Position numbers and translations under genes: made by a program | Part shown: positions 27,641 to 40,376 of the stretch, piece by piece | How the letters are laid out: each line of letters begins with the position of its first letter | Numbering within the stretch: position 1 is the stretch's first letter | Assembly: GCA_040081625.1 (NCBI GenBank) | Contig: JBEBGD010000035.1 | Location: 1-47,918 of the forward strand | From: Chthoniobacteraceae bacterium | GTDB taxonomy: Bacteria > Verrucomicrobiota > Verrucomicrobiia > Chthoniobacterales > Chthoniobacteraceae | Length of the DNA stretch: 47,918 nucleotides | Direction of reading: 5' to 3' | The notes under the pieces: generated by a model | The model's database searches: none | What the model was told of the DNA's origin: nothing | Seen by the model: only the letters and a program-made list of their open reading frames with translations

Positions 27641-28669
27641 TCAACTCACGTTCACGACGGCCTTGATGACGCCCGACTCGGGTTTGAGCCAGCTCGGAAA
27701 AACCGCCGGCACGTCTTCAAAATTCGCGTGGTGCGTGATCCACGGCTGCGTGTCTATCCTGCCGTCCTCGATCAGCTTGATAATCCGGGCGAAGTCTCGC
27801 GAGAGCGCGTTGCGGCTCGCCATGATCGTGAGCTCGCGGCGATGGAGAAACGGCGCGTGCGGGAACTCCAGGTTCTGCTGCGTGATGCCGACGAACACGA
27901 CGCGCGCGGCGAACGCGGCAAACTCCATCGCGCGGACCATCGACTTGTTGTTGCCGGTCGCGTCAATGACCACGTCGGCGAACTGCCCGCCCGTCATCTC
28001 CGCCACCGCCTTGATGTCTGACTCGTCACCGCGCACGACGATCGTGTCAGGCACGCCCATCTTCTTGCGCACAAAGGCCAGCCGACTCTCGGCGATGTCC
28101 ATCACGATCGGCCGCGCGCCGGAGAGTCGCGCAAATTCGAGCGCCGAAAGTCCGATCGGCCCCGCTCCGATGATGAGCACGTTCTCACCCGGCTGCGGAT
28201 TGCCGCGATCGACCGCGTGGCAGCCGATGGCGAGCGTCTCGACGAGCGCGCACTGGTCGGGCGTGAGCTTCGAGGCGAGGTGAAGCTTGCGCGCCGGCAG
28301 CACGATGCGCTCGGTGAGTCCGCCGTCGCACATCACGCCGAGCGTCTTGTGATTCTCGCAGCAGTTCGTGAAGCCGCGCCGGCACGAGTAGCACTGCTGG
28401 CAGTTGAGGTAGCACTCCACCGCGCAGCGGTCGCCCGGCTTCACATTCGTCACGCCCTCGCCGACGGCGACCACCTCGACGCCGAGCTCATGCCCGGGGA
28501 TACGCGGGTAGCTGAAGAACGGCATCTTCCCGAGATACCCGCCGAGGTCCGTGCCGCAGATCCCCACGCGCAGAACGCGCACGAGCGCCTCACCCGCGCC
28601 AGGCGCAGCGGGTTCCGGGATGTCGATCTGGCGCCACGTTTCCGGCTTTTCGAGCTGGAGTGCTTTCAT
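27641..28669 (-). CDS. Zn-dependent MDR dehydrogenase, L-galactonate dehydrogenase (LgoD/YjjN)-like
   Basis: GICGTD, YPRIPGHE, CQQCYSCRRGFTNCC, ETLAIG, IIGAGPIG, HRRELTIMASRNA. Confidence 0.88.
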   Translation of the reverse strand: MKALQLEKPETWRQIDIPEPAAPGAGEALVRVLRVGICGTDLGGYLGKMPFFSYPRIPGHELGVEVVAVGEGVTNVKPGDRCAVECYLNCQQCYSCRRGFTNCCENHKTLGVMCDGGLTERIVLPARKLHLASKLTPDQCALVETLAIGCHAVDRGNPQPGENVLIIGAGPIGLSALEFARLSGARPIVMDIAESRLAFVRKKMGVPDTIVVRGDESDIKAVAEMTGGQFADVVIDATGNNKSMVRAMEFAAFAARVVFVGITQQNLEFPHAPFLHRRELTIMASRNALSRDFARIIKLIEDGRIDTQPWITHHANFEDVPAVFPSWLKPESGVIKAVVNVS

Positions 28670-28681
28670 GTGAAAGGGTGG

Positions 28682-29614
28682 TCAGTTGTTCTCCGGGAGC
28701 CCCTCGACGTGGCCGATGTCCTTCACGGGCGCGAAAATCGCCTGCACGTCGCGCAGCAGTTCCTCATCAATCGGCGCGACAAGCCACTCAGCCCATTTGC
28801 GGATGTTGTTCGGATTCGCCGAGCCGGCGACGGTGGTCGCGATGTCCGGATTCGCGCAGGAAAACTGAAGAGCGAGCTGCGCGAGATCGATGCCCTTGCT
28901 TGCGCACAGTTCCGCGGCGCGGCGCGCGGCGGCTTTCACTTCCTCCGGTTCCTTCAGCCACGCGGGAAGTGGCGCATTCGTGAGCAGTCGCGCGGAGAAA
29001 GGACCGGCATTCATGGCGCCGATGCCGCGCGCCTTGAGGTCGGGCACAAGCTCGCTGGCGAAGCGCGTATTCTGCAGCGTGTATTGGTTGTAGCTGAGCA
29101 CGCAGTCCACATCGGTCTGCCCGAGCACGAACTTGAACGCCTTCATCGGATAGCCGGAGATGCCGATGAAACGGACCTTCCCGGCCTGCTGCTGTTTACG
29201 GAGCGCGGGCAGCGTCTCATCCACGATCTGCTGCATCGGCACAAACTCGACGTCGTGCAGCAGCACGATGTCGAGGTGATCCGTGCCGAGCCGGTGAAGC
29301 GACACATCCACGCTCTCGGCGACCCTCTTCGCGCTGAAATCGAAGTGAGCGAGATCGTAGCGGCCTAGCTTCGTGCAAAGCGTGTAGCTGTCGCGCGGCA
29401 CGCCCTTGAGCGCGATGCCGAGCAGCACTTCGCTCATCCCGCGTCCGTAAAATGGCGACGTGTCGATGAAGTTCAGCCCACATTCGAGCGCGACGTGAAC
29501 GCTTGCCAGCGCCTCGTCCACTTTCACGCTGCGGAACTCCGCCCCGAGCGACGATGCGCCAAAGCTGAGGATGGGAAGTTCGAGGCCGGTTTTGCCGAGG
29601 AGTCGTGTTTGCAT
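28682..29614 (-). CDS. Aldo/keto reductase, L-galactose dehydrogenase-like
   Basis: LSFGASSLG, NFIDTSPFYGRGMSE, TKLGRY, FDFSAKRVAESVDVSLHRL, HDVEF, FIGISGYP. Start ATG 29614 (MQTRLLGKTG). Confidence 0.88.
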   Translation of the reverse strand: MQTRLLGKTGLELPILSFGASSLGAEFRSVKVDEALASVHVALECGLNFIDTSPFYGRGMSEVLLGIALKGVPRDSYTLCTKLGRYDLAHFDFSAKRVAESVDVSLHRLGTDHLDIVLLHDVEFVPMQQIVDETLPALRKQQQAGKVRFIGISGYPMKAFKFVLGQTDVDCVLSYNQYTLQNTRFASELVPDLKARGIGAMNAGPFSARLLTNAPLPAWLKEPEEVKAAARRAAELCASKGIDLAQLALQFSCANPDIATTVAGSANPNNIRKWAEWLVAPIDEELLRDVQAIFAPVKDIGHVEGLPENN

Positions 29615-29658
29615 TTGGAAGATGGACACCAGTCTGCGCCAAAGAGTGCCGCACGGGA

Positions 29659-29695
29659 ATGGCGGGAGTTGACCGATGCATGGCGATTCTTAACC
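29659..29695. promoter_or_regulatory. Putative AraC-family operator: direct repeats with 21-bp period
   Basis: ATGGCGggagTTgACC (29659-29674) and ATGGCGattcTTaACC (29680-29695) lie in the divergent intergenic region, abutting a minus-strand TTCCCG-N17-CAGACT promoter-like sequence. Confidence 0.6.
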
Positions 29696-29702
29696 TCTTT
29701 GT

Positions 29703-30617
29703 GTGAAACGCGCTCCCGCCCCCGCCGCTCTCGAACCCGCATTTGTTTCCCGCCAGGTTAGCGAGGCGAGACGGTATTATCTCAACCTGAAGCCTTCCCC
29801 GCGGTGCCCGCTCGCCGTCGTCTGCGGCGGGGTCGAGCGCATGCGGCCGGACTACGTGGTAAGGCGCGATGACTTTCCCTACTTCGCCGTCGAACTGGTC
29901 ACGGAGGGAACCGGAACACTCACGCTAAACGGACGCCGCTACCCGCTCACGCCCGGCGTGGTATTCGCCTACGGACCCGGCGTGCCGCACATCATTCGCA
30001 ATGATCCCCGGCGCCCGATGCGGAAATACTACGTGGACTTCACCGGCAGCGAGGCCGGGCGACTGCTGAAGGAAACGCCGCTCGGAACCTGGAAGGCGCC
30101 GCGGGTTCCCACGTCACACGAGTTGGTCGAAGTCTTTGAAGCGTTGAACCGGGAGGCGACGGACGACAGCACCGTGGCTCAGGCCATCTGCGTCCACTTG
30201 ATGCGGGTGCTTCTCCTGAAGATCACGCAACGTGCCGTGAGTGGCGGGCGAGGCATGCCCCGGTCCTTCGCGACCTACGAACGCGTCCGCCAGCACATCG
30301 AAACCCACTTCCTTCGCTTGCAGACCGTCGAGGAGGTCGCCGGCGAGTGCCATGTCACGCCGATGTATGTCGCGCGACTTTTCCGCCGGTTTGCACGAAC
30401 AGGCGCCTATCAATTCCTGCTCCGTCTCAAGATGAACCGCGCCGCCGAGCACCTGCTCGATGATGGATTGCTCGTGAAGGAAACGGCCGAGCGCATCGGC
30501 ATCGCCGACGCGTTCCAATTCTCGCGCGCGTTCAAGCGCGTGCATGGCGTTTCCCCGACTCACTTACAACAGATCCTGCCGCGCCGAACTACACCACGCG
30601 CAGTCCGCAATGAATGA
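29703..30617 (+). CDS. AraC family transcriptional regulator
   Basis: N-terminal cupin-like domain; C-terminal double HTH YVARLFRRF...LKMNRAAEHL...VKETAERIGIADAFQFSRAFKRVHGVSP. Confidence 0.93.
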   Translation: MKRAPAPAALEPAFVSRQVSEARRYYLNLKPSPRCPLAVVCGGVERMRPDYVVRRDDFPYFAVELVTEGTGTLTLNGRRYPLTPGVVFAYGPGVPHIIRNDPRRPMRKYYVDFTGSEAGRLLKETPLGTWKAPRVPTSHELVEVFEALNREATDDSTVAQAICVHLMRVLLLKITQRAVSGGRGMPRSFATYERVRQHIETHFLRLQTVEEVAGECHVTPMYVARLFRRFARTGAYQFLLRLKMNRAAEHLLDDGLLVKETAERIGIADAFQFSRAFKRVHGVSPTHLQQILPRRTTPRAVRNE

Positions 30618-30630
30618 CTACGGGCTCCGG

Positions 30631-31872
30631 TTATTGCTTCTGCGCTTCGATCGCCACGTTGGCCACATACGCACCGATGGGTCGGCCCGCCGCGGACTCC
30701 CAGTTGCTGGCCCAGAGCACGCGTTTTCCGTCGGGCGATGGAACGGCGTGCGCCTCCGTCAGGTAGTCGGTCACTTTGGTGTGCAGATGGGCAATTCGCG
30801 TGACGATCTGGCTGCCGTCGAGTTTCACCGCGATCACTTCATCCCAATACGGCGGCCAGCTCGGACCACGATGCTGATACGTCACGTAGGCCCAGCCGGG
30901 ACGATCCACGTTGCGCGTCGAGGCATGTCCCGCGTAACCGCCGGAGGTCAGCACGGTCACCGCGCCATCACGCAGGCGGCGCTTGATCACGCGACCGTCG
31001 TCCGGTTTGGATTTCGAGACGCCCACCGCGATGTCGTCGCCGTTTTCGTCGAGCGTGAGGTCGCAATGGCTGGGGCGTCCGTATTCCGGCCAGAGGTCGC
31101 CGACCTTGTTGCCGTCGAGGTCATGGACTTGAGTCTGGTCGCCTTTGTCACCGGAGAATTTCCCGTTCACGACGAGGAACTTTCCGGAAGCGGAAACCGA
31201 AACCCAATCCACGTCGATGCCGTCGAGCGCGAGATCGGGCCACTTTCGTTTCTCATGCAGATCGTAGGCGAAGGCGGCGCGTTCCCCGCCCTTCATGCCG
31301 TTCACAACAATCTTCCTGCCATCGCGCGAGAGATTCCCTTCCCACGGGCCGATGTGAAAATCCGAGTAGCCCACGAGCGTCGCGATGACCTGCGCCTTGT
31401 CCGCACGCACATCCCAGAGACCGATCTCGTTGCCCTTCACCCAGACCATGTTGTCCGGCTGTTTCGGATGCCACCGCACTTCCGTGCCGGGGGATTTGTT
31501 GCGACCGAAGAGCGGCTGATACGTGCGCCCGTCCAGGAACAGCGCGCTCGGAAAGCCGTGATGCCGCGCCAAAATGAGAAGCGACTGGTCGCAGTTCCAC
31601 GCCGCGTCCTTCGAGTAATGATGCCGCGCGACCGCATCCCACGTTCCATCAATGTTCGCGATGGCTGTGCCCGGTTCTCCAGTGATCCGCGTGACTTTCG
31701 CGCCGAAAACCGGATCCACGTAGGATTCGAGGTAGCCCGGCTGAATGATCTTCGGAATTTCCACGGGCTGATCCGCAGCCGCGCCGAACGACGCGCGCCG
31801 TGAAAGCATGACCGCGCCAAAAGCGCCGCGGCCAAGAAACTGCCGTCGTGTGAGGAATCGCCGCGCGATCAC
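30631..31872 (-). CDS. Tat-exported beta-propeller protein (TolB/oligogalacturonate-lyase-like fold, tentative)
   Basis: TRRQFLG twin-arginine motif; LSRDGRKIVV, VSASGKFLVV and PSPDGKRVLWASNW blade motifs; GTGA overlap with the DUF1501 stop. Confidence 0.8.
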   Translation of the reverse strand: MIARRFLTRRQFLGRGAFGAVMLSRRASFGAAADQPVEIPKIIQPGYLESYVDPVFGAKVTRITGEPGTAIANIDGTWDAVARHHYSKDAAWNCDQSLLILARHHGFPSALFLDGRTYQPLFGRNKSPGTEVRWHPKQPDNMVWVKGNEIGLWDVRADKAQVIATLVGYSDFHIGPWEGNLSRDGRKIVVNGMKGGERAAFAYDLHEKRKWPDLALDGIDVDWVSVSASGKFLVVNGKFSGDKGDQTQVHDLDGNKVGDLWPEYGRPSHCDLTLDENGDDIAVGVSKSKPDDGRVIKRRLRDGAVTVLTSGGYAGHASTRNVDRPGWAYVTYQHRGPSWPPYWDEVIAVKLDGSQIVTRIAHLHTKVTDYLTEAHAVPSPDGKRVLWASNWESAAGRPIGAYVANVAIEAQKQ

Positions 31873-33290
31873 GCCAGCAACGCCTTCACCACATGCGCCT
31901 GTTCGACGCCGGTGAGCCGCTGATCAAGGCCCTGGAAGGGATAACTGAAGCGCTGATGATCGAAGCCGAGTTGGTGCAGGATCGTGGCGTGCAGATCGCG
32001 GACGTGGATTTTGTTTTCCACCGTCTTGAAGCCGAGATCGTCCGTGCCGCCGTAGGTGAGGCCGGGCTTCATCCCGCCGCCGGCCATCCAGATCGTGAAG
32101 GCGTCGGGATGGTGATCGCGTCCGTCGGCGGCGTCGCCCTGCACCATCGGCGTGCGGCCAAATTCTCCGCCCCAGATGACCAGCGTGTCGTCGAGAAGTC
32201 CGCGCGCTTTGAGATCGGTGATGAGCGCCGCGGCGGCCTGGTCGGTGTTCGCGCAGTTCTTCTTCAGGTCATTCGTGAGGTTGCCGTGCTGGTCCCAGGC
32301 TTCGTGAAAAATCTGCACGAACCGCACACCGCGCTCGATCATCCGCCGGGCGAGCAGGCAGCTATTTGCGAATGATGGCTCGCCGGGTTTCGCGCCGTAG
32401 AGATCGAGGATGTGCTGCGGCTCGCTCTTCATGTCCATAAGGTCGGGCGCGCTGCTCTGCATGCGGAACGCCATTTCGTAGGAGCCGATGCGCGTGGCGA
32501 TTTCGGGATCGCCGGTGCGACCGAGGTGCAACCGGTTCATGGCGCTGATCGTGTCGAGCGTGTCGCGCTGGAGTTCGTTGTCCACGCCGTCCGGATTCGA
32601 CAGATACAACACCGGGTCGCCCGCGCCGCGGAACTGCACACCCTGATAAACCGTCGGGAGAAAGCCGCTGCCGAAGTTGGAATTGCCGCCGCTCGGCCCT
32701 TTCGTGCCGGTGCTGAACACGATGTAGCCGGGCAGGTTCTGGCTCTCGCTGCCGAGTCCGTAGAGCGACCACGCGCCGAGGCTCGGATGCCCGAACTGCT
32801 GCGAGCCGGTGTTCATCAAGATCTGCGCGGGCGCGTGATTGAAAGCGTCCGTGGTCATGGACTTCACAATGGTGATGTCGTCGGCGATACCGGCGAGATG
32901 CGGCAGCAACTCGGAAATCTCCGCGCCGCACTGGCCGTGCTTCGCGAACTTGAACTTCGGCCCCATGAGCTTCGAGTTCGGATCGATGAACGCCGCGCGG
33001 TAGCCCTTGAGCAAATCGGCGGGCGGCAGCGTGCCGTCGAATTTCACGAGTTCCGGTTTATGATCGAGCAGTTCAAGCTGGCTCGGCGCGCCGGCCATGA
33101 AGAGGTAGATCACCCGCTTCGCTTTCGGAGCAAAGTGCGGCGTGCGCGGAACGGTCGCTGCCCCAGCGACGCCGCCGAGCAATTGCCCGAACGCGATACC
33201 GCCGAGCCCGACGCCGCACTGTTGCAGGAACCACCGGCGGCTGATGCTCCCGGGGCTGCCATAGATGGGAAGATGGGATTGGCAGTTCAT
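31869..33290 (-). CDS. DUF1501 family protein
   Basis: SRRWFLQ Tat motif; PKAKRVIYLFMAGAPSQLE, LLARRMIERGVRFVQ, WDQH, WGGEFGRTP, GRDHH, DLHATILHQLG. Confidence 0.95.
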   Translation of the reverse strand: MNCQSHLPIYGSPGSISRRWFLQQCGVGLGGIAFGQLLGGVAGAATVPRTPHFAPKAKRVIYLFMAGAPSQLELLDHKPELVKFDGTLPPADLLKGYRAAFIDPNSKLMGPKFKFAKHGQCGAEISELLPHLAGIADDITIVKSMTTDAFNHAPAQILMNTGSQQFGHPSLGAWSLYGLGSESQNLPGYIVFSTGTKGPSGGNSNFGSGFLPTVYQGVQFRGAGDPVLYLSNPDGVDNELQRDTLDTISAMNRLHLGRTGDPEIATRIGSYEMAFRMQSSAPDLMDMKSEPQHILDLYGAKPGEPSFANSCLLARRMIERGVRFVQIFHEAWDQHGNLTNDLKKNCANTDQAAAALITDLKARGLLDDTLVIWGGEFGRTPMVQGDAADGRDHHPDAFTIWMAGGGMKPGLTYGGTDDLGFKTVENKIHVRDLHATILHQLGFDHQRFSYPFQGLDQRLTGVEQAHVVKALLA

Positions 33291-33296
33291 GGCGCG

Positions 33297-36374
<3,078 letters not shown>

Positions 36375-36493
36375 GGGCAGCAACGTCGCACCCGATGAAG
36401 CGGACGCTCAAGAGACGTTTCGCGAAGAACATGGACTATTCTGCGAACGAGCGCGCGAACTCATTCGAGCGCTGACCCGAACGCGCCGCGCCG

Positions 36494-36901
36494 CTACTGG
36501 TTCAACCCGCGGATCACCACCGCGTAAACCCAGTAGAGGACACCCGCGAGCACGCAGAGCAGCACGAAGAACGTCCACATGCCCTGCCGCCGGTGCTTGC
36601 GCAGACGGCGGCCCTGGACGGCGGCGCCGACATTCGCCTCGAATGCATGGCGCGGATCGACGAGCGCCTCAGGCCGACCGAATCGCACGTCGGTCGTGCT
36701 CCGACGCTTCACGAGCTCTTCGCGGCGCTGCTTCTCCGCCTTTTCCTTCAGCTTCGGGGCTTCCTCGATGAGCCGCTTGTTCTGCTCCATCTCCGACTGC
36801 AATCGCGCGGCCTCTTCCTGAAGCCGGCGCTTCTCGGCATCGAGCGGCGTATTCGACGGCGAAGGCCGGCGCTCGGGCTTTCCGGATTTGCGGTCGCGCA
36901 T
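36494..36901 (-). CDS. Hypothetical coiled-coil protein with C-terminal TM anchor
   Basis: Charged coiled coil then WTFFVLLCVLAGVLYWVYAVV; 2 bp from the upstream gene. Confidence 0.78.
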   Translation of the reverse strand: MRDRKSGKPERRPSPSNTPLDAEKRRLQEEAARLQSEMEQNKRLIEEAPKLKEKAEKQRREELVKRRSTTDVRFGRPEALVDPRHAFEANVGAAVQGRRLRKHRRQGMWTFFVLLCVLAGVLYWVYAVVIRGLNQ

Positions 36902-36903
36902 GG

Positions 36904-37533
36904 CTACTTGTTCGAGAGCAGCGCGATGAGGAGAAAGACGAGCACGAGCCCGATCGCGAAGATCGGGAGCGTGAAAGCGAACCCGCTCCGCAGCCAGTAG
37001 AGAAAGTCCTTCGGCGCCTCGACCGCGTATTCAGCCTGGTAACCCACGCCCGCCGCGACGTGATCGCCACCGCCTTCACTCTCGGGGCTGATGCGCGGCA
37101 GGTTGTTCGCATACTCGGCGCGCGAGTCATCGACGGCGCTCAGCGCCTTGCTCAGCTCCTTGGCCATGTCGAGACCTTCCCACGTCTTCGGGTTGATCGC
37201 CTCGAGCACGTCGGCGTGTTGCGAGAAGGAATCGTGGATCGACTCGAGCAACTCGACACGCTTCTTCGCCTCGTAAGTCTCGCGCTCGAGCACGACCATC
37301 GCGCGCGTGATCTTCTCGAGCATCTCGGACTTGCCGATCTGGAGCTGCTCCTGGCGGCGGCTCAACTCCTCAAGCTCGCGCTTCTGGCGCTCGACCTGAT
37401 CCTGCTGACGCTTGAGCGAGAGCAGCGCTTCCTGCGCGCGCTGGACCTGATCGTCGAGATGTTCGGTGGAGAGATTCCCGTCGTCGGGAAGATCGAGAAG
37501 TGGTTCGTCGGAAGAGCGCGCGCGTTCGGGCAT
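36904..37533 (-). CDS. Hypothetical coiled-coil protein with C-terminal TM anchor
   Basis: Long heptad region; C-terminal GFAFTLPIFAIGLVLVFLLIALL. Confidence 0.82.
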   Translation of the reverse strand: MPERARSSDEPLLDLPDDGNLSTEHLDDQVQRAQEALLSLKRQQDQVERQKRELEELSRRQEQLQIGKSEMLEKITRAMVVLERETYEAKKRVELLESIHDSFSQHADVLEAINPKTWEGLDMAKELSKALSAVDDSRAEYANNLPRISPESEGGGDHVAAGVGYQAEYAVEAPKDFLYWLRSGFAFTLPIFAIGLVLVFLLIALLSNK

Positions 37534-37572
37534 GATGTTCGTGGGCTGCGTCGGGAGAGTGCGGAAGTTTCG

Positions 37573-39294
37573 CTACACTTCCAGCTTTTTCACACGCCTC
37601 ATTGCGATCGTCATCGGGACGAAGAGCATCACGAGACTCATCGCGAGCGCGAGCGCGAACGCGAGCCCGGCCGGCAGCGCAAAGTTCAGCGGCGTGACAC
37701 GCCGGATATCGGGCAGCGCGATGAGCGCGACGAAAACGCTGATGTAAAAGAAACTCACGACCAGGCACAGCGTGCCGCCAAAGCCGCTCACGATCTTGCT
37801 CGGATTGTCCTCCTTGAAGTTCGGGAACAGCGCGCCGAGCCCCACCGCCAGCCCGCTCAGCGTCGCGCTCATCAGCGTGATCGCGAGCATGAAGAAGCCG
37901 ACCTTCGCCCAAGACAGCTGAAGCATCAGGCTCGACGCGGCCATCAGCACGACCGTCACCGCCGTCGCCGCGATGCAGCTCAGCCAGAATTTTTGCAGCA
38001 GGACGCGATGCAGACCGACCGGCGCGATACTCAGCAGCCACAGGCGGCGACCCTCGAGGGAAAACTGCGGGAAGACGAAGCGCGTGGTGAGCGTCGAGAG
38101 CGTGAGCGCGCTCGCCGCGAGATTGAGGTAGGAGATCGTCACCTCCCAAAACGGGCTCGAGAGATTGATCGCCACGTTGCGCAGGTTCACCACATAGATG
38201 CAGAGCAGGCCGAAAAAGATCATGAACTGGATCCACTGCGCGGGATCGCGCCAGAAAACCCGCAAATCCTTGAGCACGAGCGCGGCCGTCGGCAGCGAGA
38301 TCGGACGCAGCCACGCGAGGCTGAGCTCGAGCAGCGAGCGACGCGACTCGCGCCGGCGGCGCGACTCGGCCTTGCGCAGGAACTGCGCCGCCTGCGAGCT
38401 GTGCGCGTGCGTCCACGAGCTGTAAAAAAACCTGGCCATGATCTCGAAGCCGATCAGCAGGCCGAAAAGCGCATTGGCCAGCAGCACGAGGAAGAAGAAC
38501 GTGCCGATCGGCGTCAGCCCCTCGGCCCACGCGAGCACCGCCCGCGCGAGCCACGCGCTCGGCAGCAGCGGGCTCAGGCTCATCCGCGTGTGCCGCAGCA
38601 ACTGGTCGAAGGAAAGCGCGTCCGCCGTCTGCGTCGCCTCGAGTTCGGTGACCGGACGCATTCCAAAAAGCAGCAGCAGCAGCGCCGCCGCGGCGCCGAT
38701 GATCAGCAGGCGCTTCACGAGCGGCTGCGCGAGCACGCGCGCGAGCCCGAGCACCAGCCACGACCCGAGCAGCGCGGGCAGCACGACAAAGGGCGCATAG
38801 AGCAGCGCGACCTGCGCGTAGAAAACCGGCGGCACATGCTGCACGCGCCCATACGCGGCCATCATCGGCGCGCTCAGGAAAATCAGCGCCCAGCTCGACA
38901 CCACCAGTGCCTCGAGAAATTTCCACCGATACACGTCGCGATGCCGGATCGGCAGCGAGAGCAGCCACTGCGTCTCGCGGTTTCGGAAGAGCGTCGTGTA
39001 GCCGATGATGAGATTCGAGAACATCAGCATCACGAAAAAGAACCCGAAGATGAGGAAGAGCATCCGCTGCGAGAGCAGCGCGCCGACGAGCGGGAAGTTG
39101 TAAAGAAAGCCCAGCCCCGTGCGAAACAGCCAGTAGCCCACGACGAGGTAGCCGCCGACGAACCCTCCGAGCAGCAGCAGCAGCAGCGGCGATTGCCGGC
39201 GGATGCCGCGCACCTGCGCCACAAACGCGCGCCAATGCATCCACATCATCAGGCGGAACATTTGGTGAAAGCGCATCGGCGGGAGGTGATCCAT
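37573..39294 (-). CDS. Putative ABC exporter permease subunit
   Basis: Many TM helices; LLSLPI...WKFLE, KDLRVFWRDPAQW, RFVFPQFSLEGRRLWLL, GLGALFPNF...GFGG. Start uncertain (39294 or 39276). Confidence 0.85.
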   Translation of the reverse strand: MDHLPPMRFHQMFRLMMWMHWRAFVAQVRGIRRQSPLLLLLLGGFVGGYLVVGYWLFRTGLGFLYNFPLVGALLSQRMLFLIFGFFFVMLMFSNLIIGYTTLFRNRETQWLLSLPIRHRDVYRWKFLEALVVSSWALIFLSAPMMAAYGRVQHVPPVFYAQVALLYAPFVVLPALLGSWLVLGLARVLAQPLVKRLLIIGAAAALLLLLFGMRPVTELEATQTADALSFDQLLRHTRMSLSPLLPSAWLARAVLAWAEGLTPIGTFFFLVLLANALFGLLIGFEIMARFFYSSWTHAHSSQAAQFLRKAESRRRRESRRSLLELSLAWLRPISLPTAALVLKDLRVFWRDPAQWIQFMIFFGLLCIYVVNLRNVAINLSSPFWEVTISYLNLAASALTLSTLTTRFVFPQFSLEGRRLWLLSIAPVGLHRVLLQKFWLSCIAATAVTVVLMAASSLMLQLSWAKVGFFMLAITLMSATLSGLAVGLGALFPNFKEDNPSKIVSGFGGTLCLVVSFFYISVFVALIALPDIRRVTPLNFALPAGLAFALALAMSLVMLFVPMTIAMRRVKKLEV

Positions 39295-39380
39295 GCAGCG
39301 GGATGCATCGCGAAAAATCCCCGGCACGGCAACTCACTCCGCAGTTGGCAAAGCGAACGCGATCCATAGTCTCCGCGCCC

Positions 39381-40361
39381 GTGCGTTTCTCGACCTCGCT
39401 CCTTCTCGCCATATTTTTCGCCGCGCCGATCGTGCGCGCACAGCAAGCCGGTGGATCGACCGACGATGCCGAGAAGAAGAAAGCCTTCCTCAAGGCCCGC
39501 GAGCAAATGAGGACCGTGCCGCTCGCGACTCCGCCCCCTTCCGCGCCCCCCAAGCCCAAGCCGCAACCGGCGCCGCAACCAACGACCACGCCGACCACAC
39601 CGAAACCCGCGCCAGTGCCGGAGCCAACCGCCCGCCCGACCACCAAGCCGAAGCCCAAGCCGGTGGCGAAAGGCACACCCCGCGCACGCGCCACTCCGCT
39701 GTTTGTCATCACGCCCAAGCCCGCGCCGAAGACGCCCGCACCCTCGCGCCAGCGCGAACTCCCCGCGCCCGTGACCGTGCAGAAATCCGGCTTCGAGAAC
39801 GCCGAAATCCTGCCAGTGGAGAAGAAGCGCGGCTGGTTTTCAGGCGGGCCGAGCTACCGCTTCCTCACCGCCTCCGTGCGCTCGGAGATCGACAAGGCGC
39901 CGGTGAAAAAGGGCCGCTGGCGCTACACCGTCGTCCACAACAGCGGCACACGGCAAGGCAGCGCGAAGGCCTTCGACTACTACCACAAGCGCGTCCGAAA
40001 AATGCCCAACGGCCTCGCGTATCACTTCGTCATCGGCAACGGCACCTCGACCGGCGACGGCGAGATCGAGATCGGCAACCGCTGGCGGCGGCAGATCAAC
40101 GGAGGCCACGTCCACAGCGACTATCTCAACAACATCTCGCTCGGCATTTGTTTCGTCGGCGACTTCAACCGCGACGTGCCGACCGAGCGCCAGAAGGCCG
40201 CGCTCGACGAACTCATCACCTACCTGCGCAAACGCGTCGGCAAGATCGACGGCAAGGTTTCCATCGTGAAAGCCCACAAGGAAATCAACCCGCCGCGCTG
40301 GGGCACCGACTGCCCCGGCAACCGCTTCCCGTATCGCTGGCTGCACGGAAAATATGACTGA
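39381..40361 (+). CDS. N-acetylmuramoyl-L-alanine amidase (Amidase_2/PGRP-like) with Pro-rich linker
   Basis: YTVVHNSGT, GLAYHFVIGNG, GGHV, SLGICFVGDFN, KAHKEI, TDCPG; signal peptide from GTG 39381. Confidence 0.9.
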   Translation: MRFSTSLLLAIFFAAPIVRAQQAGGSTDDAEKKKAFLKAREQMRTVPLATPPPSAPPKPKPQPAPQPTTTPTTPKPAPVPEPTARPTTKPKPKPVAKGTPRARATPLFVITPKPAPKTPAPSRQRELPAPVTVQKSGFENAEILPVEKKRGWFSGGPSYRFLTASVRSEIDKAPVKKGRWRYTVVHNSGTRQGSAKAFDYYHKRVRKMPNGLAYHFVIGNGTSTGDGEIEIGNRWRRQINGGHVHSDYLNNISLGICFVGDFNRDVPTERQKAALDELITYLRKRVGKIDGKVSIVKAHKEINPPRWGTDCPGNRFPYRWLHGKYD

Positions 40362-40376
40362 GTTCCCGCCCCTCCC

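Noticed and set aside
36446..36475. Hairpin AGCGCGCGAA-ctca-TTCGAGCGCT as an intrinsic terminator
   Set aside because: Mismatched stem and no U-tract on the relevant strand; insufficient support.
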